From the NCBI GenBank assembly GCA_042219045.1, contig JBDGQO010000003.1, forward strand, positions 78,293-142,292: 64,000 bases of DNA, written 5' to 3'. Of the stretch, positions 8,998-18,454 are shown one piece after another (position 1 is the stretch's first letter; each line of letters starts with the position of its first letter). Source of the DNA: Candidatus Bipolaricaulia bacterium (GTDB lineage Bacteria > Bipolaricaulota > Bipolaricaulia > RBG-16-55-9). The notes under the pieces are model-generated. The model was not told the origin of the DNA. It ran no database searches and saw only the letters and a list, made by a program, of their open reading frames with translations. The position numbers and the translations under genes were made by a program.

Positions 8998-10281
8998 CTA
9001 GCTGGCCGACCCGCGGAAGACCTGGTTCAGCCAGCGGAGGACTTTGGTGAAGACCGTGTCGTCGCCGCGACCGTTGCGGCGGGGACTGCCGACTTCGTCG
9101 TGGCGGCCTTCGCCGTAGCGGAAGTCGAACTCGCGCGAATCCATGGCGTACTTCAACAAGCCGATGGCCGTTGCGTAGACGGGGCTCTCCACGATGTCGC
9201 GCAGCCCGTGGATCCCTTGCGGCGTCTTGCCCCGGCGGACGGCGATGTTGTAGCGTTCCTGGACGAACTCCGGAATCCCTTTCAACAACGCCGTTCCACC
9301 AGTCAGCACGATGCCGGCCGGGACCAGATCTCGATATCCCGCGTCCTCGATTTCGCCCATGGCCAAGTCGAAGAGCTCTTCGAGGCGCGGCTCGATGATC
9401 TTGGCTAGCTTCCGTTTGCTGATGCTCTTCTTCTCGCCGCTGATCGTGGTAATCTCAAAGCGTTCTTCCCCGCTGACCTCGTCCACCCGCGGCAGCCCTT
9501 CGGTCCGTTTGATCCGCTCGGCCTCTTGATACTCGACTTTCAGGCCGACCGTGATGTCGTTGGTGATGTGCTCGCCCGCAATGGGCAGAATTTTGGAAAA
9601 CCAGATGTCGCCGCGCCGGAAGATCGCGATGTCGGTCGTGCCGCCGCCGATGTCCATGAGCACGACGCCGAGCTCCTTTTCGGCCTCGGAGAGCACGGCG
9701 TAGCTGCTGGCCAGCGGCTGGAGCACGATCTTTTCGATGTCAATGCCGACGTTGGTCACACAGCGGTAGATGTTGTGCACGGCCGTCATCGAGCCCGTCA
9801 CAATGTGGACGTCGACTTCCAGTCGGGTGCCGGTCATCCCAACAGGGTCCGTGATCCCCTCCTGGCCGTCGACGATGTACTGGCGCGGGATCACGTGGAT
9901 CAGCTCGGCGTCGGGGGCGATCTGAATCGCTTGTGCCGTGTCAATCACGCGTCGGACATCGTCGGTGGTGATGGTGCGATTGTCGCGGGAAATGCTGACC
10001 GTGCCGGAGTTGTTGATGGAGGTGATATGCTTGCCGGCAATGCCGGCAAAGACGTGGTCAATCTCCATGTCGGCCATGTTCTCTGCTTCGTCGACGGATC
10101 GACGAATGGAGTTGGTCGTCTCGCCGATGTCGACGACGACACCCTTCTCCAGGCCGCGAGATGGAGCCTTGCCCATGCCGATGATCTCAATGACACCGTT
10201 CTCGACACTGCCAACGAGGGTCACGACCTTCGTCGTGCCTATGTCGAGCCCGATGAGCAAGCCCCCGTTCCCTCTCACCAT
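8998..10281 (-). CDS. ftsA: Cell division protein FtsA
   Basis: GLDIGTTKV, PVGMTGTRLEV, DIGGGTTD, VLTGGTA, C-terminal amphipathic helix. Confidence 0.97.
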   Translation of the reverse strand: MVRGNGGLLIGLDIGTTKVVTLVGSVENGVIEIIGMGKAPSRGLEKGVVVDIGETTNSIRRSVDEAENMADMEIDHVFAGIAGKHITSINNSGTVSISRDNRTITTDDVRRVIDTAQAIQIAPDAELIHVIPRQYIVDGQEGITDPVGMTGTRLEVDVHIVTGSMTAVHNIYRCVTNVGIDIEKIVLQPLASSYAVLSEAEKELGVVLMDIGGGTTDIAIFRRGDIWFSKILPIAGEHITNDITVGLKVEYQEAERIKRTEGLPRVDEVSGEERFEITTISGEKKSISKRKLAKIIEPRLEELFDLAMGEIEDAGYRDLVPAGIVLTGGTALLKGIPEFVQERYNIAVRRGKTPQGIHGLRDIVESPVYATAIGLLKYAMDSREFDFRYGEGRHDEVGSPRRNGRGDDTVFTKVLRWLNQVFRGSAS

Positions 10282-10365
10282 GATTTCATCCCTCTCACCG
10301 CCTCAAGCGTGGGGGGGTGATCTCTTCATCTTGGGGGAGAGCCCAGAGCCATGTCAAGTCTGGTC

Positions 10366-11088
10366 TCATCGTCCAACGACCACCTCGCCCGGAATTCTCA
10401 AGTCGAGGGTGCGCCAGCTTGGGGCCCCCTCCTCGCGAAGCGCCTCGACCACGCGCTCCAACCGCGAAACCTGCTCCGATAACCCTCGAGGCGGCAGCAG
10501 CACGCGCCAACCTTCCCGGGTGCGCAGTATCCAATCGTAGCCTCGGACGCGTAGCGTGACGAACTGGCGCAGCTTCTCGCCGCCGAGCGCGTAAAGCGAA
10601 CGGAGCGCGCGGAGCCCGCTTTCCGACTTCAGTTGAGGACCTTGGGGAGAGGATGTCCTCTCGACGCCCGAAACAGTGGGCAGCAGCGGTGGCGGTTGAT
10701 CCACGCGTCCAAACAGAACGCCGTCGCGGTCGGCCCAGTAACGCTGGTCGTTGGCAAGTTCAACGATTCCGTGTGGGTGCCGTTCCGTGACCTTGATCCG
10801 GACGACGACTCGGTTCGACGAGGCGTCCTTCGATGTGACGTCGACTTGAGCTCGACGAACCCGGGGGAGCTGCTTGAGCGCATCAACGGCACGGATCTCA
10901 GCTTGAGGCGTCCACGACGCCCCCGGTTCCAGGCTGCTTTCGCTTCGGATCGTCTCTGGATCCAAGCGCTCGACACCGGTGACGTTCACCCGTGCAATTT
11001 CGGGTGGGGCCTCCGGTCCCGACACCAACTGCCAGGCGACAAGGCTCAAGCCACCAAGGGCCACCACCAGGAGAATCCCCCCTCTCAC
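10366..11088 (-). CDS. ftsQ: Cell division protein FtsQ/DivIB (POTRA domain)
   Basis: N-terminal TM, POTRA-like region, VTER and C-terminal LDLR motifs; lies between murB and ftsA. Confidence 0.8.
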   Translation of the reverse strand: MRGGILLVVALGGLSLVAWQLVSGPEAPPEIARVNVTGVERLDPETIRSESSLEPGASWTPQAEIRAVDALKQLPRVRRAQVDVTSKDASSNRVVVRIKVTERHPHGIVELANDQRYWADRDGVLFGRVDQPPPLLPTVSGVERTSSPQGPQLKSESGLRALRSLYALGGEKLRQFVTLRVRGYDWILRTREGWRVLLPPRGLSEQVSRLERVVEALREEGAPSWRTLDLRIPGEVVVGR

Positions 11089-11096
11089 CAGGGGCC

Positions 11097-11987
11097 TCAG
11101 TTGGGAACGACGACGAGTTCGAGTCTCAACGTTACCCCAAACTCTTTGTACACCTTCTCTCTGGCGATGTCAATCAGATTTTGCAGATCATCAGCGGTGG
11201 CTCGCCGTTCGTTAACCATGAAGTTGGCATGTCGTGGGGAGATCAACGCGCCGCCCCAACGTTGTCCCTTCAGGCCAGCTCGTTCGAGCATCTGGCCGGC
11301 GCTCAGTTCTCCGGGGGGATTGGCAAAGACGCAGCCCGGGCTCGGCTGCCGCAGGGGTTGGACCGATCGTCGATGGGCCATCAACGCCTGCGGGTCGACG
11401 CGTTGAGGCTTCCCAATGCGGAATTGTCCCTCCAGAATGACGTAATCGTGATGCCGAAACAGACTATCGCGATAGCCGAACGCGCATTCGTCGGGCGTCA
11501 GCGTCACCAGTTGGCCATCGGGTCTCAGTGCTGTTACCCGTTCGAGCATGTCCGCAATCGTCGTGTCGCGGCTGCCGGCGTTCATGGTCAGCGCGCCGCC
11601 GATGGAGCCCGGGATGCCGATCAGGCCATCAAAGTCGTAATACCGTTGAGCACGGAGGCGTCCCATTGTGGCTCCAAGGCCAGCTCCTGCTTGGACGGTC
11701 AATCGATCCGCCTCGATCCGGGTCCGACTGAATGCGCGACCGAGATGGATCACCAATCCGGGGAAGCCGGAATCGGGAAACAGCACGTTCGTGCCATTGC
11801 CAAGCACCGTCCACGGCAGCGCGTGATCCTCCGCGTAACCAACCAACTCGGCCACCTGCTCAACGTCGGTGGGTTGCGCATACAGCCGAGCGGGGCCCCC
11901 GATGTCGAGCGACGTCAGCGGCGCGAGGGGCACGTTCGCTTGAACGACCGTCTCGATGGAGCTCGGGGGGGCAGCCAGAGTCGTCAT
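11097..11987 (-). CDS. murB: UDP-N-acetylmuramate dehydrogenase
   Basis: IGGPA, LGNGTNVL, GIPGSIGGALTMNAG, FGYRDS, GCVFANP, HANFMVN, LRLEL. Confidence 0.95.
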   Translation of the reverse strand: MTTLAAPPSSIETVVQANVPLAPLTSLDIGGPARLYAQPTDVEQVAELVGYAEDHALPWTVLGNGTNVLFPDSGFPGLVIHLGRAFSRTRIEADRLTVQAGAGLGATMGRLRAQRYYDFDGLIGIPGSIGGALTMNAGSRDTTIADMLERVTALRPDGQLVTLTPDECAFGYRDSLFRHHDYVILEGQFRIGKPQRVDPQALMAHRRSVQPLRQPSPGCVFANPPGELSAGQMLERAGLKGQRWGGALISPRHANFMVNERRATADDLQNLIDIAREKVYKEFGVTLRLELVVVPN

Positions 11988-13342
11988 CGCGTCCTCCCTT
12001 CTCGGGCGACTTGGTGGAGCACGTCGCCGATATCGCCGGGCCCGAACCCGATGATGAAGTCGCCCGGCTCGGAGCGACGGCGCAGGAACCCATACACGTC
12101 GTCGAGCGTGGGCAGGTAATGGACTTCGGGATGCTCGCGACGGATCGCCTCCACGATGCGCTGCGAGCTGACGCCGGGAATGGGCGACTCGAACGCCGGA
12201 TAGATATCCGAGACGATGACTTGATCGGCACCACGGAACGCCCGCGCAAACTGTTTGTGCAGATAGCTCATGCGCGAGTAGCGATGGGGTTGGAACACGG
12301 CGATGACCCGCCGCGGCTGCCAGCCGCGGCGAACGGCGTCCAGATTGACGTCGATCTGAGTCGGAAGATGGGCGTAGTCGTCGACGACGACCCGCCCGTT
12401 CTCCTCCAACACCTGGAAGCGGCGTTCGGGCAACTGGAACGTGGACAGCGTCTCGATCATGTCCGTGAAATCCAGACCCGAGAGATGGCCCGCCAACAGT
12501 GCCGCCAACGCGTTGGCGACGTTATGGCGGCCGGGAGCGGGAAGCGCCAACTGACCGATCTTTTCGCCCTGGAACCAGATGTCCGCGGTGGTCGCGCGCC
12601 GGTGTTGGCGAACGTGTCGCGCCTCGAGATCGGCGTCGTGATTCAGCCCGAACGTCCAGGCCTCCGAGGCGGCTTCCTTGAGCACCTCCGTGTGCGGATC
12701 GTCCGCGGACAGAATCGCCTTCCGGCTCTGGCCCACGAACTCGCGAAATGCGGAGACCAAGCACCCCTCGCTGCCGTAGGTGGTGAGGTGATCCCGACCC
12801 ACGTTGCAGACGATGCCGATCTCCGAGGCAAACTGGCGGAAACGCCCGTCGCTTTCGTCGACCTCCGCGACGAGCCAGGGACTGGCCCCTAAGCGCGCGT
12901 GCCCGCCCAATGAGGGCGACGGGGCCCCGACCAGATAGGACGGATCACGCCCGGCTGCCTTGAGCAGTGCGGCCGTCATGGCGCTCGTCGTCGTCTTGCC
13001 GTGGGTTCCGGCGATCGCCAGCGTCTGGTGACTGGCGATGAGCCGTCCCAACACCTCTTGGCGATGATAGACGGGCATCGACTGGCGGGCTGCCGCCTTC
13101 AGCTCGAGATTATTCGTCTGGATAGCTGAGGAATAGACGACCGAGCGATCGCCAGCCAGTTGGGCATCGTCGTGGCCGAGATGGATCGGCACGCCTGCGG
13201 CCTGGAGCGCGCGGGTATGAGCGTTATCGCGAAGATCCGATCCGCTCACCGAGTGCCCGCGCTCGTGAAGCAACCAAGCCAAGGCGCTCATGCCATCTCC
13301 GCCGATGCCGATAAAGTGGTAGGACTCGCGCAGGGGCATCAT
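11984..13342 (-). CDS. murC: UDP-N-acetylmuramate--L-alanine ligase
   Basis: HFIGIGGDGMS, AGTHGKTTT, EVDESDG, DDYAHLPT, FQPHRYSR; start ATG 13342/13339 or TTG 13360. Confidence 0.96.
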   Translation of the reverse strand: MMPLRESYHFIGIGGDGMSALAWLLHERGHSVSGSDLRDNAHTRALQAAGVPIHLGHDDAQLAGDRSVVYSSAIQTNNLELKAAARQSMPVYHRQEVLGRLIASHQTLAIAGTHGKTTTSAMTAALLKAAGRDPSYLVGAPSPSLGGHARLGASPWLVAEVDESDGRFRQFASEIGIVCNVGRDHLTTYGSEGCLVSAFREFVGQSRKAILSADDPHTEVLKEAASEAWTFGLNHDADLEARHVRQHRRATTADIWFQGEKIGQLALPAPGRHNVANALAALLAGHLSGLDFTDMIETLSTFQLPERRFQVLEENGRVVVDDYAHLPTQIDVNLDAVRRGWQPRRVIAVFQPHRYSRMSYLHKQFARAFRGADQVIVSDIYPAFESPIPGVSSQRIVEAIRREHPEVHYLPTLDDVYGFLRRRSEPGDFIIGFGPGDIGDVLHQVAREGRTR

Positions 13343-14432
13343 GGCGTAGATACCGGTCAACCTCCCTCATCAGATGATCATGGGCCTCCGTTTGGGCCAA
13401 GCGGTTGCAGGCCTCGCGCAACTCGGCACGAGCGGCCGAACCGTCGAGCAGAGCGATCGTTTCGTCGAGCAATGTCGTCTCGCCCAGGTCCCGTTCGCTC
13501 AGCCATCGGCACGCGCCGCGCTCGGCAAACCAGCGGGCATTGGCGGTCTGATGGTCGTCGGCCGCGTGGGGCCAGGGCACGGCGATCGTCGGGACCTCAA
13601 GCGCGACCAGCTCGCTCAGCGTCGACCCGCCGGCTCGCGAGATCGCCACGTCCGCCGCGCGCATCCACAAGCCGATGTTGGGCGTGTGGTGGATGACGCT
13701 TAAGTCGGCATCGCGAGCGTTTGGCCGGAGCCGGGTGGCGTCTCGTCCGGCGACGATCGCCAGCTGGGCGTGCCGAGCTTGCAGCTGAGCCCATCCCCTC
13801 AGCAGCGTGTCGTTGACGGTTCGGGCACCATTGGAACCGCCCATGGCGAGTACGAGCGGCCGTTTCGGGTCGATCCCCAATTCGGCCTTCGCAGCCTGAG
13901 GCGAGCAGTGGCGCAGTCGGCGAATGCCGTCGCGCAGCGGCACGCCCACCACCGACGCGTCGGGCGCGTTCAGACAGTGGGCGGTGTCGGGGAAGCTCAG
14001 GAAGACGCGATCGACGCGCGGCGCCAACAGCCGCGTCACCAAGCCCGGGCGAACGTTCTGTTCGTGAATGATGGTTGGAATGCCCAACAGCGACGCGCCC
14101 AAAACCGGCGCAAACGCCGTGTATCCCCCCGTTCCGATGACGACGCTCGGACGGAAGCGGCGCAGGATCGCTAAGGACTGGCCGAGGCCGAGGACGTTCA
14201 TCCCCAGTGCCGTCACGGCCGCCAACGAGAGTTCGCGCAGCACGCCGCGCGCGTGGATGGCATGGCGCTGGACGTCGGGCCAATCCGACAGAACGCGGGA
14301 CTCCAGTCCTCGGAACGTCCCGACATGGCCGACGGTCAAGGCGTCACCGTAGCGCCGGCGGAGCGTCTCGATAAGGGCCAGCGCGGGATAGAGGTGCCCT
14401 CCGGTCCCGCCGCCGGCGACCAAGACGGTCAT
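13224..14432 (-). CDS. murG: Undecaprenyldiphospho-muramoylpentapeptide beta-N-acetylglucosaminyltransferase
   Basis: AGGGTGGHLYP, GTGGY, HEQN, GGSNGA, SRAGGST, DHQTANA; 3' end runs about 120 nt into murC. Confidence 0.95.
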   Translation of the reverse strand: MTVLVAGGGTGGHLYPALALIETLRRRYGDALTVGHVGTFRGLESRVLSDWPDVQRHAIHARGVLRELSLAAVTALGMNVLGLGQSLAILRRFRPSVVIGTGGYTAFAPVLGASLLGIPTIIHEQNVRPGLVTRLLAPRVDRVFLSFPDTAHCLNAPDASVVGVPLRDGIRRLRHCSPQAAKAELGIDPKRPLVLAMGGSNGARTVNDTLLRGWAQLQARHAQLAIVAGRDATRLRPNARDADLSVIHHTPNIGLWMRAADVAISRAGGSTLSELVALEVPTIAVPWPHAADDHQTANARWFAERGACRWLSERDLGETTLLDETIALLDGSAARAELREACNRLAQTEAHDHLMREVDRYLRHDAPARVLPLYRHRRRWHERLGLVASRARALGERIGSSR

Positions 14433-15588
14433 CAAAAACCCCTTCCTCGGTCCTTGTTTGTCGAGCAATGCTGAGCAGGATGCCGACCATGGCCATGGAG
14501 ACAATCAGCGAGGACCCGCCATAGCTCACAAACGGCAACGTCAGGCCCGTCACGGGCAACGCGCCGACGGCCACGCCGACATTGACAGCCGCCTGGAGCG
14601 CGATCGCGAATGTCAATCCCGATGCCAACATAAATCCAAAGAAGTCGGAGGCGTACAGAGCGATGCGAACTCCGCAGCCCACGACGACGCCGATCAAGAC
14701 AATCAAGAGAACGACGCCCATGAATCCCAACTCTTCCCCAACAATGGAGACGATAAAGTCGTTGTAAGCCGAGGGGAGATAGAGCCACTTCTCGCGGCTG
14801 GCTCCCAGACCTCGGCCCGTTAGGCCGCCCGAGCCGAGCGCCACGAACGATTGCAGCAGGTGATAGCCCTCGTCGCGCGGATTCGACAGGGGATTGAGGA
14901 ACGTCAAGAGCCGCTCGCGTCGATACGGGGCCGACCAGAGCAGCGCAAACAGCATCGGCAGGGCTGTTAAGATGGGCCCCATCAGATGGCGCAGTCGAGC
15001 ACCGGCCATCCAGAGCATGAACCCGGCAAGCGCCCCGTAGAGCACGACGAGCGCAAAGTCCGGCTGCAAGAACGCTATCAACGCAAAGGGAGCCGCCAGC
15101 GCCATGGCCGGAATGACGCCGTTTGACAACGACTGGATGTCACCGTTGTCGCGTTTGCGAACCAAGACGGCCGCCAGCGCGATTATGAGCGCCAACTTGG
15201 CCACTTCCGTGGGTTGGAACGAAGCTGGACCGAGACGGAGCCACAGGCCGTTGGGGGCCAGAGCCGGAACGAGCGTCAGCGCGGACAGGCCGAGCGCGCC
15301 CAGCAGCAACACGGCGTCGTAGCGCATCCAACGGCGATAGTCGATGCGCATCAAGATCATAAGCGCGCCGAGGCCGACCACAGCTGCAATGCCTTGTTTC
15401 AGAAAGAGATAGCTGGGTTGGCGATAGACGGCCTCGGAGATGGGGATGCTCGCGGACGCCACCATCAGGAGTCCGAGCAGAACCAGGGCACTTGTGGCGA
15501 CCCAGAGCGTTGCCTCAGTGGAGGCCAACGGATGACCCGCGCGGTTCGTCGTCGACGGGTCGGTTATGGTCCCAGAAATGCCCCTCAT
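14344..15588 (-). CDS. ftsW: SEDS peptidoglycan glycosyltransferase FtsW
   Basis: FQPTEVAK, LQPDF, GSGGLTGRG, DFIVSIVGEELG, TGLTLPFVSYGGSS; about 10 TM segments; lies between murD and murG. Confidence 0.93.
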   Translation of the reverse strand: MRGISGTITDPSTTNRAGHPLASTEATLWVATSALVLLGLLMVASASIPISEAVYRQPSYLFLKQGIAAVVGLGALMILMRIDYRRWMRYDAVLLLGALGLSALTLVPALAPNGLWLRLGPASFQPTEVAKLALIIALAAVLVRKRDNGDIQSLSNGVIPAMALAAPFALIAFLQPDFALVVLYGALAGFMLWMAGARLRHLMGPILTALPMLFALLWSAPYRRERLLTFLNPLSNPRDEGYHLLQSFVALGSGGLTGRGLGASREKWLYLPSAYNDFIVSIVGEELGFMGVVLLIVLIGVVVGCGVRIALYASDFFGFMLASGLTFAIALQAAVNVGVAVGALPVTGLTLPFVSYGGSSLIVSMAMVGILLSIARQTRTEEGVFDDRLGRRRRDRRAPLSRAGPYRDAPPALR

Positions 15589-15657
15589 ACGTCACCCCCG
15601 AATGGTGGAATCGGCCAACGAACTGACGAAATCTTTTCTAGGGTTCCAGCGAACGTT

Positions 15658-16986
15658 TCAGAAGGACCGACGCTCAAGCGTCGGGCCCACTTGATCACCC
15701 CATGCGGTGACCTGTGTCTGAGCATGCATGGCGACGGCCGTGCGAAAGGCGTCGCCGCGGGTGGCATAGCTATTGAACTGATCGAAGCTGGCCGCGCCTG
15801 GGGAGAAAAGACAGACGTCGGGCCGGTATCGGCCGACGCTGCGCATCAACTGATCCAACGAGGCGATCGGCCGAATGTGGCGGCACCCGATTGAGCGGAG
15901 CCGCCGCATCCAACGCTGCCGGGCATCGCCCATGAGATAGACGACCTCGGGCCGCCGCTGGGCGATCTCGTCGGTCAGCTCTTGGAGATCCTCGCCCTGG
16001 GAGCGCCCACCGAGCACAAGGGCCACGGACTCGTCCGGAAATGCCTGCAGCGCCGCCGCAGTTGCGGTGGGCGTGGTCGACTTGGCGTCATTGACGAAGC
16101 GCGTGCCCGCCAGTGTGGCGACCGTTTCGAGGCGGTGCGGAAGCTCGATTGCGGGGCCCAGCGCGCTTCCCGGAAGCGAAACGTGCGGATCCAGCCGACG
16201 GGCAGCCGCCATGGCCGCTGCCAAGTTCTCACGCTGATGGAACGGCCAACGGATTTCACCCACGTCATGGGCGGCAAATCGCTCGCAGGCCGCTCGGCCC
16301 CACGGCAGCGACGGGGCTTGATGGTGGACGATCGCCGCGTCGCCCTCGTGCTGATGCCGAAACAGCCGGGCTTTGGCTTGGAAATAGCGCTCGGTGGTGC
16401 CGTGTCGATCCAGATGGTGGGGCGCGAATCGTGTGAGAACGCCGACGGTTGGGCAGAAGGTATCGACATGCTCCAGCTGGAAGCTGCTGACTTCGAGCAC
16501 GATGACCGTGTGTGAATCGATGCTCGCCAGTGCCTCGGTGAAGGGAACGCCGATGTTGCCGGCCGTCACGACGGAGTGGCCACGTTGACCCAACAAGTTG
16601 GCAATGAGGTGCGTTGTGGTCGTCTTGCCGACGGTGCCGGTGACGGCGATGATCCGCTTACTGGGGCATTCGCGATAGGCCAGTTCCAACTCGCCGATGA
16701 CGGGTATGCCGCAGGCTCGTGCTCGTTGAAGAATAGGGGCATTGACGGGAATACCGGGCGATGGCACGACAGCATCGACCGACAGGACGCGCTCAGAATG
16801 GCCGCACTCTTCCCAGGGAATGCCCAACGATGCCAGCTCGACTTTGACGTCGTTCGGAATCGGTTGGGCATCGCTGAGCAGGACGGCATTGCCTCGCGCG
16901 GTCAGATGTCGAAGGGCCGCCATTCCCGTCCGTCCAGCCCCCAACACGGCCACACGCTCTCGGCCAACGGGCGCTCCCTGGATCAT
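15658..16986 (-). CDS. murD: UDP-N-acetylmuramoyl-L-alanine--D-glutamate ligase
   Basis: VLGAGRTG, SPGIP, TGTVGKTTT, GNIG, LEVSSFQL, HLDRHG, NDAKST, SPGAASFDQF; alternative start 17001. Confidence 0.95.
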   Translation of the reverse strand: MIQGAPVGRERVAVLGAGRTGMAALRHLTARGNAVLLSDAQPIPNDVKVELASLGIPWEECGHSERVLSVDAVVPSPGIPVNAPILQRARACGIPVIGELELAYRECPSKRIIAVTGTVGKTTTTHLIANLLGQRGHSVVTAGNIGVPFTEALASIDSHTVIVLEVSSFQLEHVDTFCPTVGVLTRFAPHHLDRHGTTERYFQAKARLFRHQHEGDAAIVHHQAPSLPWGRAACERFAAHDVGEIRWPFHQRENLAAAMAAARRLDPHVSLPGSALGPAIELPHRLETVATLAGTRFVNDAKSTTPTATAAALQAFPDESVALVLGGRSQGEDLQELTDEIAQRRPEVVYLMGDARQRWMRRLRSIGCRHIRPIASLDQLMRSVGRYRPDVCLFSPGAASFDQFNSYATRGDAFRTAVAMHAQTQVTAWGDQVGPTLERRSF

Positions 16987-17172
16987 CCCATTCCCCCTCA
17001 TTGTGGCTTCTCATCGTAGGGAGCGAGATGTGTTGACCGAAGCGCAGACGTGGCACGCGGAATGGACGCTCAGAACAGCTCGGGAAGACGCAGGCGGTCC
17101 ACTGAGTGGACAGACGACCTTCCCCGTCGCGCGGACGCGTTTATCGGCTTTGCTGAATACGGATGGGGACGG

Positions 17173-17625
17173 TTAGGGGGCGTTGGCTGATGGGTCTTCA
17201 TCTTCCGGGGTCTCTGCCATGAGCGAGATGGTCGCTTCGGCCACCGGCTCGCCGTCGACGCGTGCTTCCGCGTCAAAACGGAACATCGCTCGTCGGGCGC
17301 GCAGGAGCTTGGCCTCATAGATGACCTGGTCGCCGGGGCCCACTTGGCGGCGGAAGCGGGCGTTGTCGGCCCCCACCAGATAGCCGAGGGCTTGATCGCT
17401 GCCCGTTAACCGGGTGATGAGCAAGCCGGACGTCTGGGCCATGCCCTCGATCAGCAATGTCCCCGGCAGCACGGGGCGTCCCGGAAAATGGCCCTGAAGC
17501 ATCCACTCGTTCTGGCTGACGTTCTTGAGGGCCATGGCCCGATCCTCGGTGCGCTCCAGCACCCGATCGACCATCAGATAGGGGAAGCGGAGCGGAAGGA
17601 GCTCCAAGACGGACGGTTCGATCAC
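17173..17625 (-). CDS. fabZ: 3-hydroxyacyl-ACP dehydratase FabZ
   Basis: LPLRFPYLMVDRV, KNVSQNE, GHFPGRPVLPGTLLIEGMAQ, RFRRQVGPGD; GTG start inferred just after the upstream skp stop. Confidence 0.9.
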   Translation of the reverse strand: MIEPSVLELLPLRFPYLMVDRVLERTEDRAMALKNVSQNEWMLQGHFPGRPVLPGTLLIEGMAQTSGLLITRLTGSDQALGYLVGADNARFRRQVGPGDQVIYEAKLLRARRAMFRFDAEARVDGEPVAEATISLMAETPEDEDPSANAP

Positions 17626-17635
17626 CGGCTGGTCG

Positions 17636-18427
17636 TCACTCGCCGCCGCTGGACGCGTCACCGTTGGATCCGTCCCCCGACTGAATCTCGGACGAGTCGG
17701 TCTGCTGCTTGCGCAGCCGTTGCTTGAGCCGTTCCACCACTTGGGAGGTGATGTCATCGACTTGGCCCGATTGGGAATAGAGGACGATGGCGTTGTATTG
17801 ACTGGCCGGGTTGTCGATGACCAGGTCGTATCCCCGATCCTTTCCGATCTGGCGGATCACTTCGATCATGTTCTGCTGGATGGGTGCGGACAACTTGAGG
17901 TTGAGCTGCTGCAGCTGGGCGTCCAGTTCGCTCAGGCGCTGGTCACGTTCGGACGCCGTGATCTCGCCCTCTTGGAAGCGCTGGCGGACTTTCTTCTTCT
18001 GTTGCTCAATGCGCTGTTGTTCCTTCCGAAACTTCTTCAGGGGCTGCGACACAAGCGGGCTATCCTGCAGCTCCTGGAGGACCTGGAACATGTCCACGTA
18101 GGCAAACTTGAAGTTGTTTCCCGCGGTGTTGGCATTGGATGAGCTCGACGCGCCGTTGCCCCGTTGCTGCTCGACGCTGGAGATGCGATCGCGCAGCTTG
18201 CTCAGGCGCGTGGCCAGATCGTCCACCTGCGTGCTGACTTGCTCAGTCCGTTGGCTGAGCTGATCCACGCGATCGGGCGCGACAGTCTGCGATTGCTGGC
18301 TCAGTTGCGCCATGCGGTCTTCAAGTCTGGACACCTGTCCCTGGAGCCCCTGCCACGCGACCACGCCGAGGGCCAGGCCGACGATCAAGACGATCCCGAT
18401 AACGGCTGTCCATGCTCCGCCCTTCAT
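17636..18427 (-). CDS. OmpH/Skp-family chaperone with N-terminal TM segment and coiled-coil extension
   Basis: C-terminal OmpH pattern FAYVDMFQVL...IRQIGKDRGYDLVID...DDITSQVVERL; preceded by a hydrophobic helix, heptad repeats and a G/S/N linker; downstream of bamA. Confidence 0.78.
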   Translation of the reverse strand: MKGGAWTAVIGIVLIVGLALGVVAWQGLQGQVSRLEDRMAQLSQQSQTVAPDRVDQLSQRTEQVSTQVDDLATRLSKLRDRISSVEQQRGNGASSSSNANTAGNNFKFAYVDMFQVLQELQDSPLVSQPLKKFRKEQQRIEQQKKKVRQRFQEGEITASERDQRLSELDAQLQQLNLKLSAPIQQNMIEVIRQIGKDRGYDLVIDNPASQYNAIVLYSQSGQVDDITSQVVERLKQRLRKQQTDSSEIQSGDGSNGDASSGGE

Positions 18428-18454
18428 GCTCTCACCACCGTTCCCTCAACGTCG

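Noticed and set aside
7924..10540. Long + strand ORFs opposite ftsZ/ftsA, and similar ones opposite sucC, comM, ftsI, the ABC ATPases, tnaA, the GGDEF gene and menC
   Set aside because: They fully overlap confidently identified genes on the other strand, which is expected in high-GC DNA.
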